Positions 19,630 to 29,400 of a stretch of 64,000 nucleotides of DNA are shown here, one piece after another; position 1 is the stretch's first letter, and each line of letters opens with the position of its first letter. The position numbers and the translations under genes were made by a program. This stretch comes from Candidatus Kaiserbacteria bacterium (GTDB taxonomy: Bacteria > Patescibacteriota > Minisyncoccia > Phycocordibacterales > Phycocordibacteraceae), in contig OY969413.1 of assembly GCA_963699165.1 (NCBI GenBank), positions 788,562-852,561 of the forward strand, given 5' to 3'. The notes under the pieces were generated by a model. The model did not search any database, was not told the origin of the DNA, and saw nothing but the letters and a program-made list of their open reading frames with translations.

Positions 19630-19962
19630 ACGGAGGCGTAAAGTTAAAAGCGTGTAACCCTAACAAAGGGGCGCAGGTGAAATCCCTCCGTTTAACTGGC
19701 ACGAACCAAGAATGGAAAAAGTTGTCTGAAAAGACCCATCAACGCAGTCCTGAAAAGGACAGGGTTTAATTCCCCCGCCGGTCGTTGGGCGGAAGTGGCG
19801 AAAGCACACTGATTTTTAGGTAGGTTCTCGGAGCCTAGTAAAACAAATCCTGCGTAATCCCCTAAAAGTCTGCAAGAGCAAGGGTAACGCCTTCGTTTCG
19901 CAAACGAAAAGTGCCGAAGGGGCGCGGGCGACATAGTCTCAATCCCTTGAAATTAAAGGGGG
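19630..19962 (+). ncRNA. Candidate large structured ncRNA (~330 nt) upstream of the ParB-MTase operon
   Basis: Nested helices ACGGAGG/CCTCCGT, GTC-TGAAAA-GAC, GTCC-TGAAAA-GGAC, CCGCC/GGCGG, GC-GAAA-GC, TAGGTTC/GAGCCTA (U-G), TTTTAGG/CCTAAAA, CCTTCG/CGAAGG; no credible ORF. Confidence 0.55.
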
Positions 19963-20049
19963 AGAAAAGCTGAGGCTTTTTTCTGCATGAAGTAAAGACC
20001 TCGGCAACGAGCGGTTTCGTCATGCATATTATGTATCTAAGAAAAAATA

Positions 20050-21390
20050 ATGAAAACAAAAACAGGCCCCGAGGGCCTGCGGATTGAGCATGTCTCAACC
20101 GCCGCCCTCAAACCCGCCGAATATAATCCCCGCACGTGGGACAAGGAAGCCGAGCAGCAGTTAAAGGAAAGTATTACCAAGTTTGGCATCGTCGATCCGA
20201 TTCTCGCTAACAGCGCACCGGAGCGCAGGGATGTCGTCATCGGCGGGCACTTCCGGCTCTCGGTCATCAAGGAGCTGGGCATCGAGACGGTGCCGGTGGT
20301 ATATCTCAACATCCCCGACATCGAGCGCGAAAAGGAACTTAACTTGCGGCTCAACAAAAACACTGGCGCGTGGGACGAAGCGCTGCTCGCAGAGTTCGAC
20401 GAGGCATTCCTCTCCACCGTCGGGTTCACCAGCGAGGAGATAGACGACATTTTCGCCATCGAAGAAACGCCGGAGCAATTCGACTTGGAGAAGGAACTCG
20501 CCAAGCTCGATATCAAAAACATCAATGTAAAGAAAGGCGACATCTACGACCTCAACGGCTCGCGCCTCATGTGCGGCGACAGTACTGTTGAGGAGGACAC
20601 GCTCAAACTCATGGATGGTGCAAAAGCTGACATGTGCTTCACCGACCCGCCGTATATCCTCGACTATCTCAAGGGCAAGACGAAGCAGAAGGATGGAGTG
20701 ACACGCGGATTCGGGGCGAAGAAAAATCGCGTGTACCTCGGTACCGAAACACTGCCGGAGAATTTCTCCGATCTTTGGATGGCAAATGTCGCTCTCGTAC
20801 AGAAGCCAGACTTCTCGATCATCATCTTCGAACATCCAAAGAACCTCCGCACCATATGGAACGCGATGGAGAAGCACTGGCGGTACCGCAACACCATCAC
20901 CTGGCATGTGCCCAATCGGGTGCAGGGCTTCTCTGCCAAGTACAAATTCTTCAACAAGCAGGATATCGCGCTAGTTGGTACGGGTGGCAATGTCGCGTTG
21001 GACATGGAACCCGAATCGGACACATTGCTCCAAACAGAATACGAGAACGCACTCTATGCCACTTCCGGCAAACCGCACTGGGAAGGATACGAGAAAGGCA
21101 AGAAATATCAACCCACCGACTTCATCGATCATATCGCAGCTGACCAAAAAAGTAGCGGCCAAGGCATCATATTCGGCACCAAACCTCTAGAATTGCTAAT
21201 CCCATACATCAAAGTGCTCACGAAGCGCGGAGACCTCATCTTGGAGCCGTTTGGAGGCTCTGGGAGCACTCTCATAGCCTCGGTAAAGATGCAGCGCCGC
21301 TGTTACCTCATGGAGAAGTCGCCTGTGTACGCCGAGGTCATCCTCAATCGCTGGTCAAGACTTACCGGTCTTACTCCAAAAAAGATATGA
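20050..21390 (+). CDS. ParB/Srx N-terminal domain + N4/N6 DNA methyltransferase
   Basis: LKPAEYNPR, IGGHFRL (ParB-like); FTDPPY, GTKP, EPFGGSGSTL (beta-class MTase). Confidence 0.9.
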   Translation: MKTKTGPEGLRIEHVSTAALKPAEYNPRTWDKEAEQQLKESITKFGIVDPILANSAPERRDVVIGGHFRLSVIKELGIETVPVVYLNIPDIEREKELNLRLNKNTGAWDEALLAEFDEAFLSTVGFTSEEIDDIFAIEETPEQFDLEKELAKLDIKNINVKKGDIYDLNGSRLMCGDSTVEEDTLKLMDGAKADMCFTDPPYILDYLKGKTKQKDGVTRGFGAKKNRVYLGTETLPENFSDLWMANVALVQKPDFSIIIFEHPKNLRTIWNAMEKHWRYRNTITWHVPNRVQGFSAKYKFFNKQDIALVGTGGNVALDMEPESDTLLQTEYENALYATSGKPHWEGYEKGKKYQPTDFIDHIAADQKSSGQGIIFGTKPLELLIPYIKVLTKRGDLILEPFGGSGSTLIASVKMQRRCYLMEKSPVYAEVILNRWSRLTGLTPKKI

Positions 21391-21860
21391 CCGAGACTAC
21401 CGAACCCTTCTCCATAGAGGAGAGGCAGGCGCATGACAAGCAGAAAGTGCTCGACGCGCTCAAGGAAATGCCAATAGTACAGATTGCGTGCAAGAAAGCG
21501 GGCATAAGCCGACCGACGTATTACCGCTGGCGGCAGGAGGACAAGATATTCAGACGGCAGGCCGTCGACGCGATGAACCACGGGGTCGAGTTCATCAACG
21601 ATATGAGCGAGTCGCAGATTATCTCTCTCATTAAAGACAAGAAACTGCAGGCCATGGCACTGTGGCTGAAGCACAACCATCCGAAGTACGGCGCCAAAGT
21701 CAAAGAATACACGCCCCTCAGCGCGGACGACGATCTGACCGAAGATGAGCAGAAAATTGTCATGGAGGCACTGTCGCTTATCGCGCAGGGAACACATAAT
21801 GTAAAACCATATGAACGAAACCGAACGCCTATCGACGCTGATAAATACGGCAAGAAATAA
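21387..21860 (+). CDS. Terminase small subunit-like HTH protein
   Basis: IVQIACKKAGISRPTYYRW HTH; sits between phage-type MTase and TerL-like gene with overlapping ORFs. Confidence 0.65.
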   Translation: MTETTEPFSIEERQAHDKQKVLDALKEMPIVQIACKKAGISRPTYYRWRQEDKIFRRQAVDAMNHGVEFINDMSESQIISLIKDKKLQAMALWLKHNHPKYGAKVKEYTPLSADDDLTEDEQKIVMEALSLIAQGTHNVKPYERNRTPIDADKYGKK

Positions 21861-22980
21861 CCCGAAGGTACGCCGGAGGCTCGGGCACGAGGACCCCCTC
21901 TACTTCGCCCTACTCTACCTCACGCATCACTTCAAGCATCCGCTGGCGCCCATGCACCTCGAGATGTTCGACATCGTGAAGCGTGGGGAGATAAACCTCG
22001 CGGCAGTCATGGCATTCCGTGAGTCGGGCAAGTCGACCATACTCAATACCGTGTGCGCGCTCTGGTCGATACTCTGCAAGCCGGAGCGCAAATTCGTGGT
22101 CATCGTGAGCAAGACGCAGGAGCAGGCGAAGAATCATTTCACCAACATCAAAGCGGAGCTTGAGCGCAATCCGTGGCTCAAGGAGGACTTCGGACCCTTC
22201 ACGGAGCGGCCGGAGGAGTGGAGCAAGCAATCGCTCGAGCTCGAGTACCACGGCGCGAAAATCCTCTCTGTCACCGCTCGCCAGAGTCTACGCGGGATGA
22301 AGCATCTCTCACACCGCCCCGACCTCATCATTATCGACGACGTGGAGGATGCTACATCAGTTAGGGACGATCGCTCGCGCGGCGACGACCTGTACCAATG
22401 GTATTTGGAAGAAGTCGTGCCGGCGGGGACCGACAAAACGCGCATCATAGTCCTCGGGAACCTGCTCTCAATGGTATTCGATGAGAAAAAGCCGGACTTT
22501 CTCGTCATGCGACTCCGGAGGGAGATACTCAGCCGCCGGCAGGTGGGTCTGTTCCGCGCCTACCCTCTCATCGACAATAACGGCGAGTGCCTCTGGCCAG
22601 GCAAGTACCCGACACGAGAATCCCTCAAAGTGCTGCGAGAGAAGGTAGGCCGAGGCCTCTGGCAGCGGGAGTACCTCCTCAAGGTATGGGGGCAGGAAGA
22701 TACTGCTTTAGTGGCCCCGCTGTTTTATGGAAGCGAACACGGCCGCTGGTCTATGGGGGCACACTTCATCACCATGTTCAATAAGGATGGATATACCGTG
22801 TATGACGGGGAGAATGGCGTTATGCTGCAACAGCCGCTCATCGCGCAGATGGCCAAATATGAAATTACGGCTCCGAGTATTCGAACCATGCTCTTCTACC
22901 CGACCAAAGACGACCCGCGCTTAAAGAAATACCTTGAAGGACTGCTGCTGGAGTGCGACTACCGGCATAATAGCGAGTGA
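21811..22980 (+). CDS. Terminase large subunit-like ATPase lacking a recognisable nuclease domain
   Basis: AFRESGKST Walker A, LRG..RPDLIIIDDVED Walker B, CLWPGKY, WQREYL; only ~95 aa follow, with no GxD motif. Confidence 0.75.
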   Translation: MNETERLSTLINTARNNPKVRRRLGHEDPLYFALLYLTHHFKHPLAPMHLEMFDIVKRGEINLAAVMAFRESGKSTILNTVCALWSILCKPERKFVVIVSKTQEQAKNHFTNIKAELERNPWLKEDFGPFTERPEEWSKQSLELEYHGAKILSVTARQSLRGMKHLSHRPDLIIIDDVEDATSVRDDRSRGDDLYQWYLEEVVPAGTDKTRIIVLGNLLSMVFDEKKPDFLVMRLRREILSRRQVGLFRAYPLIDNNGECLWPGKYPTRESLKVLREKVGRGLWQREYLLKVWGQEDTALVAPLFYGSEHGRWSMGAHFITMFNKDGYTVYDGENGVMLQQPLIAQMAKYEITAPSIRTMLFYPTKDDPRLKKYLEGLLLECDYRHNSE

Positions 22981-22987
22981 GAGAGGT

Positions 22988-23119
22988 TTACGACTCCTGC
23001 CAAATTTCCAGAGCTTCTTCCAAGTCCACACCAATCTCATCAGCCACATCCTGCACCTCCTGCGCCTCATCAAGCGTGAGGTCGTTCTCTTTTGCTAGTT
23101 CAAAAAGCTCCTCATCCAT
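22988..23119 (-). CDS. 43-aa highly acidic mini-protein
   Basis: MDEELFELAKENDLTLDEAQEVQDVADEIGVDLEEALEIWQES; 17 D/E and 1 K. Confidence 0.7.
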   Translation of the reverse strand: MDEELFELAKENDLTLDEAQEVQDVADEIGVDLEEALEIWQES

Positions 23120-23120
23120 A

Positions 23121-23293
23121 TCAATGTGAAAAAAGGAGTGCCCATCCGATAAGAAGTAAAAAACCGGCAAAGCCGGCAGCAGCAAGCACTACCACGCTGC
23201 TTATGGCAAACGAGAGCGGATCTTTACCAAGAACTACGCCAAGCACGAGCAAAAAACAAAACAAACCAATAAGAAGGATAAGCCATCCCATAA
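23121..23293 (-). CDS. Small two-TM membrane protein
   Basis: MGWLILLIGLFCFLLVLGVVLGKDPLSF...; abuts the acidic mini-gene. Start approximate. Confidence 0.55.
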
Positions 23294-23328
23294 CCAATAT
23301 AATAACTACGATTGATGTATAGAGCAAC

Positions 23329-23356
23329 AAAAAACTCCCCAATGTGGGAAGTTCTT
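23329..23356 (-). terminator. Intrinsic terminator of the 245-nt RNA
   Basis: Minus strand AACTTCCC-acatt-GGGGAGTT followed by a T run. Confidence 0.75.
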
Positions 23357-23360
23357 TGTG

Positions 23361-23605
23361 GGAGTAACAAACTACTTGAAGATAGGCAGGATTTCGTCGC
23401 CTGCTTCGCCCTCTGTTCGTTTTTCAGCCCTCAATTTTGCTCCAGTCTTGCCCGGCTGAACTCTTGGTAGACCCGTAAGCCAGTGGTCGCTTTTTACCGC
23501 TACCTTCGCCCCTCTGGGCGATCCACCGCACAATGGCGGATGACGGTCTTACTTCACGACCCCTGTTCCCGGCCGAGGCCGAAAAATACCAACTCTCGCT
23601 ACTCC
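23361..23605 (-). ncRNA. Candidate 245-nt structured ncRNA with own promoter and terminator
   Basis: 5' GGAGTAGCGAG pairs with 3' TTTGTTACTCC; at least 7 internal helices, some with G-U pairs; TGn-TAAAAT -10 at 23613-23618; terminator directly after. Confidence 0.75.
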
Positions 23606-23676
23606 GCGGACTATTTTATCACAAGTGCCCTCGTGAAGGGCGAACCTCCAACCTTGGCGATGTATAGTGTGTGTAG

Positions 23677-23747
23677 CAGGGTATGGTGAAGCGGTATCAT
23701 GCGTGGTTTGGAATCATGCGTCGTAGGTTCAACTCCTACTACCCTGA
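23677..23747 (+). tRNA. tRNA-Pro(UGG), island-borne, A37
   Basis: CAGGGTA/TACCCTG-A acceptor (C1:G72, A73), CGTGG-TTTGGAA-TCATG anticodon arm, GTAGG-TTCAACT-CCTAC T-arm; TATAGT at 23663. Confidence 0.8.
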
Positions 23748-23832
23748 CAGATTATCTTGTGCCGAGCATTGGACGAAGTGAGAACCTCCGGATGGATATG
23801 CAGCCCAACAAATCTCTTGTTATGATGACCCC

Positions 23833-24116
23833 ATGATTACCCAGCTCCTAATAAGCGGCGTAATAGGCCTAATTGGCTGGTTCGTTTTGATGTATTTGAG
23901 CACCAACCTGCTTGGGATGTTTGTAAGGGGTTTATTTACTAATCCCGAATTGGGGTACACGAAGCTCATAAAGAGTAAGTGGTATGCAAAAAGAGCCATG
24001 TGATATGACTCTGAATCAATGGCGGAAAGATATTGGGCCTTTAATCCCTCAAGATACTTCTGCTCCTCGCCACTCTCATATCGAAGCGAGAGGTATGAGG
24101 CAAGCAACGGTTCCAT
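23833..24116. pseudogene. Two convergent gene 5' halves fused at a deletion junction near 23953
   Basis: Plus strand MITQLLISGVIGLIGWFVLMYL...NPEL and minus strand MEPLLASYLSLR...FMSFVY each run into the antisense of the other. Confidence 0.5.
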
Positions 24117-24119
24117 ATT

Positions 24120-24533
24120 TTATTCGCTCCACAGCTTTGCGATAGTGTCTTTGGTCTTTTGCTCGTAAATGTCAATCAGTTTTTTGGAAGATTCTACTAA
24201 GCTCCGCTCGGCCTCGATTTTTTCCACTATTTGCTCTTGGACGGCTAAAGGCGGGAGAGGGATTTCGATTTCATTCAAAACTCGTATCGGTAATTGGGGT
24301 TGCGCACTTCCAGACATAAAATTTGAAACCTGCACCTCAAACTCTAAAGAATTCAAAAACAACAACAAAAAGTTCGGAGAAATCTTATCTAAGTTACTCC
24401 TTAGAATAACCATACCGGAATTGATTCTTATATTTTCAAACGGAATATTTTTTAAATAGTATGCCGTGTTTCCTAATGTGCCCCGCGTTGTCAAAACTAC
24501 ATCTTCACGCTTTAGTTTACCCTTCCGTAGTCC
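24120..24533 (-). pseudogene. Restriction-modification specificity (HsdS-like TRD) 3' remnant truncated by IS3
   Basis: DVVLTTRGTLG, GSAQPQL, IPLPPLAVQEQIV; 5' part replaced by the IS3 left end. Confidence 0.85.
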
Positions 24534-25692
24534 TGACCTGACCCCCAAATTTCAGACCATGTTCTAGACGGGATTAACCGCTAGAATGACGTCATATGAA
24601 GCAATACCGCATCGCTCCTGAGGTGAAGGAACAAATCATTAATCGAATCAAGAACGATGGTGTCACTGTCGCCCAAGCGGCCAAAGAGCATGGTATCCAC
24701 GAGACCACCATCTATGGCTGGCTTGGTGCGAAAGTGCAAGACGGTACCGCATCTGTTCTTGAGATTGCGAGACTTCGAAAAGAGAATGACGAACTCCTTC
24801 GTCTTGTTGGACTCATGACGCTCAAGCTGTCTGAAACCCAAAAAAAGAAGTGAGCAAAGAATCTCCGATTGGTACGCGCACAACAGCGCGTACTCTTGGT
24901 ATAGCTCGTTCCACCTTCTGGTATCAAAAGAAGAAGCCTGACAAAGACTGGGCACTCAAATGCCGTATTGAAGAAGTCCTTCGAGAGTTTCCTTCGTATG
25001 GATACCGGAGAGTTGCCCTGTATCTCAAGGAGAACAAAAAGAAGGTTCAAAGAGTCATGCGACTCTTTGGTATCAAAGCATATCGAAGAAGAGGAAGACG
25101 GTGGAGGAAATCAAGGAAACAAGCCGTGGAGTATCCAAATCTCCTGATGCGGATTGTACCCGCCTATCCGCATCAAGCATGGGTCGCTGATTTCACTCAT
25201 GTGTATTTCAAAGGGAAAGACATTCGTGTGGCAACCACCATGGACGTATACACTCGAAGTGTCGTTGGGCTCGCCATTGGTACGCGAGGTGGAACCGTAC
25301 TTGTGACGCAGGCATTGTGCGCGGCACTTCTCAACCATCCTCGTCCCACCATCTTTCACAGCGACAACGGAGTGGAATACAATGCCGCATCCTTCCGAGA
25401 GATGCTCATCAATTTCGGCATCAGCATCTCTCGCTCAAAAAAGGGCTGTCCGTGGGAGAACGGGTACCAAGAATCGTTCTATGGAAAATTCAAAACTGAT
25501 CTGGGCGATCCCAATCGCTTCGATACGCTTGGTGAACTTGTTGCTGAAATCTATCAGACAATTCACCGGTACAACACCGTGCGTATACACTCAACACTCA
25601 AGATGGCACCGAGAGAGTTTGCGAAATCGCACATCACCCGTACACTATCTTCACTCGTCTAGGAAGTGGTCTGAAGAATAGGGGTCGGTACA
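24534..25692 (+). mobile_element. IS3-family element, copy 1 (1159 bp)
   Basis: TG...CA ends; IRL TGACCTGACCCCCAAATTTCAGACCA vs IRR TGTACCGACCCCTATTCTTCAGACCA; no differences from copy 2 seen; no target duplication. Confidence 0.95.
24596..25662 (+). CDS. IS3 OrfA (24596-24853) / OrfB (24850-25662) transposase with -1 frameshift
   Basis: HTH OrfA; A-AAA-AAG slippery heptamer at 24841-24847; OrfB WVADFT, HSDNG, ENGYQESF. Confidence 0.93.
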
Positions 25693-25718
25693 GAATCGCT
25701 ATAGAAACTCTGGGCACG

Positions 25719-26219
25719 TCACCTAACCGAGAGAGTGTCCTTGATTTTTTGAGCAAGCTCGCTTGAGTTGAAACTTCCGTGGTTTTCCAATCGCAAGAGA
25801 GGCAAACCTGCGTCCTGCAAAATGCGCTCCACTTCTCGATCCCTCTCTTGTCGATCGGGGCGCTCGTGGGTTTTATCGTCCAGCTCAATTGCTAGTTTGG
25901 GCGAGATGTATGCCTTATCGCACAACACGAAATCAACTGACTTACCGTTTATGTGCCGGAATGCGCCTCGCCAGTTTTGGCCAACAACCTTACTATCTAC
26001 CAGCGTGGGCAGGTGAACCTGAGCGAAAACGAGATACTCGTTCCCAACAGCGGCTACCAAAGCGTCATAGCACTCATGCTCTGCACGGGACAGGAAAAAG
26101 TCCTTCCGCTTGTATTGGTACTTCTTTTCCTCGACGTCCTCACTCGTGGGGATTCGTAGAACGAAAAGTACGATAGCGATAACGGCTACAACACCGGCAA
26201 AAATGAATAGTATTGTCAT
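25719..26219 (-). CDS. DUF2726 domain protein (membrane-anchored PD-(D/E)xK-like)
   Basis: N-terminal TM, VFAQV, SVDFVLCD, AIELDDKTH. Confidence 0.85.
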   Translation of the reverse strand: MTILFIFAGVVAVIAIVLFVLRIPTSEDVEEKKYQYKRKDFFLSRAEHECYDALVAAVGNEYLVFAQVHLPTLVDSKVVGQNWRGAFRHINGKSVDFVLCDKAYISPKLAIELDDKTHERPDRQERDREVERILQDAGLPLLRLENHGSFNSSELAQKIKDTLSVR

Positions 26220-26249
26220 AGCGATGGGTCAAATATAGCACCACGCCAC

Positions 26250-26396
26250 TCATTGCAGATCCGCGGCATCGTCCATATCAACATCACCGTCGGCAACCAT
26301 CTGTTGCACCTCCGGATCGAGAGCTTCAAAATCCGCAATCTGGTCGGGCTCGATAACTCCATCCTTTACTAGCTCAAGTATTTCTTCCGGGTCCAT
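26250..26396 (-). CDS. 48-aa highly acidic mini-protein (not in ORF track)
   Basis: MDPEEILELVKDGVIEPDQIADFEALDPEVQQMVADGDVDMDDAADLQ; 17 D/E and 1 K; starts 16 bp after the MTase stop. Confidence 0.7.
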   Translation of the reverse strand: MDPEEILELVKDGVIEPDQIADFEALDPEVQQMVADGDVDMDDAADLQ

Positions 26397-26412
26397 AGAT
26401 AGATAGTCGACA

Positions 26413-29400
26413 TCAGTAGAAATTCACCCCGCTCTTTTTGAGCTCACTCTCACGCGTATTGGTCAGTGAGAATTCGATTTGCGCGATTTCCTTCTCGTTC
26501 AGGTCGAAGAGTTTATAAACGATCTCGTCAATTTCATGTTCGATTTGTGTGACTGCGCCCATGTCGCCTGCAGCAGCTGCTTTTGTCGCCCGATCGGCAA
26601 GATCCGTAAGGCGGCCTTTGTCGGCGGGGTTCGCTGTAGGAATCGGCACTTTGGCCATTCGATCTCCTCGAAATTGCACTCGGCCCGCACTCCAAGGGTC
26701 ACCCCATGACGGAAATGTTGATCGATAGAACCAATCCATAACAGTGCTATTTAATATTGCCAATACGTACAGAGCGTCGGGCGTAAGAATTATAAAACCC
26801 GTTTTATTTATCGCGTTTCCTTCAGTATCTAGATATGCATGAAGTCGCTTCGAGGTTTCATTGAACACTATTTTCGGCTCATTGAATGCGGCGATATAAG
26901 ACTTCGATGGATTGTTATCCAGCTCAAGCCAGTGATGCTGGCCTTCGCCACCCCCGCGCCTTGACGTTTTACATTGCCCGCGAGCTTTTAGTAGATCTTC
27001 GAACCTGTTTAGATGATTCAGGACAGCAGGATATTTAGCCAGTTCTGTATTGAAGCCAAATGGAACTATAATTACATAAAACTGATGATATTCGTGAGTC
27101 CATCGTTTAATGTCGCGTCCACGAATCCATGGCTTTATCAACTCGGCCGATTTTGAATCCTCGCAGACTAATTTTTGCCGAGTGTCGCCATCTATCACGA
27201 ACGCTTCATTCAAACCCGTCTTAATACCGTAATAAAATCTGTCTTTAACATAATCCTCAAGCGGAGTACCGACAGATTTTAACTTTTCAATTAGCTCAAG
27301 CCCGGAACTACCTTCCAACGACCAGCCCTCCTCTTTCAGTTGTGACGGCGAGTAAATACTTTTCTGTTTGGTGATAACCTGCCGGAGCCACGCAATATCA
27401 GATTCATTTTTTACCACCAACGCAGTAATTTCGTCCGCTTCTTGTGCCTTTGATTTCTCTACAACCACGATCATTGGATCTGTCGATGCCTCAAAGACCG
27501 GAAGTTCGCAAAAATCAATTAGGTCGTGGATTCGATACGAGGAAAGCAGCTGTCGCAAGTTGCGGCCATACCCGGCCCGCTGAAATTTATTTGAACTGAT
27601 GAAGGAAAGGACGCCGCCTGTACGCAAAAGATTCAAACCGCGTTCATAAAAGAGACAGTAAATGTCACCACGGGCCGCAAAGGTCTTGTAACTTTTTCTC
27701 CACTCCGCCTGTTTAACGGTTCGAGCAAATTTTTCAATAGAGATATAAGGCGGATTGGCAATAACGATATCGAAACCGCCTTTTCGCTCTACTGCGGGGA
27801 AGAAATATCTGGTATCGAAAAATCCGACCGGCTTGTTTGTAAATATATTCTCGTAGCTGCCCCAAAGATTATTTATCCTAAGTCGTTCTTCGTGCTCATC
27901 CTCATTTTTTTCTGCCAGTAACTTTCTATGTTTTTCGTCTTTAACGACACTAAACGAGCGCAAAATACTCTCCAACTCTTTTTTTGTTCTGTCAGTTATC
28001 AACTGCTGCAATTTCCTGCCAACCTCTAATTTATGCAACTGGTCTACTGGGGCAAAATATTCATCGATGAGTTCGCCCAGTTCTACTGCAAACGTGTCTC
28101 CAAATAGCGGTCCTTCGTGGACCGGTGGTTTTGTGAGTGTGTCGGCACAAACGAATTTAAAGTCGAGGTTGGGTAACGGGTCGATGCCTCTATTGGGAGC
28201 ACTGTCGTCAACGCGTTGATCGACAACAAGCGTGAGAAAGCAACGCAGTCGCGATATGTCGGTCGCTACTGGCTGAATGTCGACTCCGTGAATGCATTCT
28301 CGAATCACACCTAACTTTCGGACATAGGGAAGGTTGTGTTCTTGCAGCTGTCTGCGCACCTCTACTGGCAGTTTACTCAGGTAAATGGAGCAGTCAGGAT
28401 CAAGGATTCCAAGCATGCGCACCAAGTGTTGAAGCACTCCGATGGGAAATGCGCCAGAGCCGCATGCTGGATCTAAAACCGCTGTTCCGTGTATTGCTTC
28501 CACGATCGTCCTCCTTTCATTTTCAGGAATCGGGTACTGTAAATCGTCTTCAACGTCGTATGTCGAGAGAGCACGTATCTTTTCCTCGGAAAAGCCAGTT
28601 TTAGTCACCAAATGACTAACAATCGCTTCCTCTACCATGAAATCAACAATTTCGCGTGGCGTATAAAAACTTCCGGTTGCACTTCGTGCACTGTCACCAG
28701 TTTCGGGATTTACCTCGGCAAGAAGATTTTCAAATATTCTTCCCAGCATTTCAGGGTCGATGGAGAGCTCTGTATCTATCGAGGTATTCTCATCGATTGT
28801 GAAGTTATACTCCTCGAAAATCCCGAATAATCCCGCAAACCATTCATCGGGAACTACAACAGATCCACGTCGGTCGCTCATGCCCGTAGTACGGTTAAAT
28901 TTGTGATTGTCTTCTGCGTGGTCCTGAAACAGACCTCCATTTAGAAATGGCACCATCTCGAATAGGTCGGAATGCCTAAAAAAGGATGGCCTAGAGTTGT
29001 GCGGCTTATTCAGTACTTCAAAAAAAAGTGGCACACAAAGGGAGTGATAATAATCCCCGGTTCTCGTCACCGCATCGACTGAAAGTAAATCGGACGGAAT
29101 TAGCGGTATACCTTCATTGCTTTTCTTTTGCTTCAAAAACCAGCAAAAAACAAGACGACCAATAAGCCGTATTGCGAAGTTGGCATACACGTCATCGCTT
29201 TGCGCTCCCAGAGCAAGGGTTCTTTGAAATGATACTGCACGCCTTCCTTCGCCTCTTACACCCCCAACCAGCTTAGAGTATTGCTCCGCAATTCGCGTAT
29301 AAAATTCCTTGCTTACGACTTCAAGCGAGAAGCGACTCAAGAGGTCGTCGGTGTCTTTGACACGACCGTGTTTTACGAGTTGTTGTTCCGGGGTCTTCGT

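Noticed and set aside
23361-23605. RNase P RNA, tmRNA, SRP RNA or DGR template repeat
   Set aside because: No GAGGAAAGTCC core, no tRNA-like ends or tag ORF, no SRP domain IV loop, and no similarity to the variable region at 49725-49860
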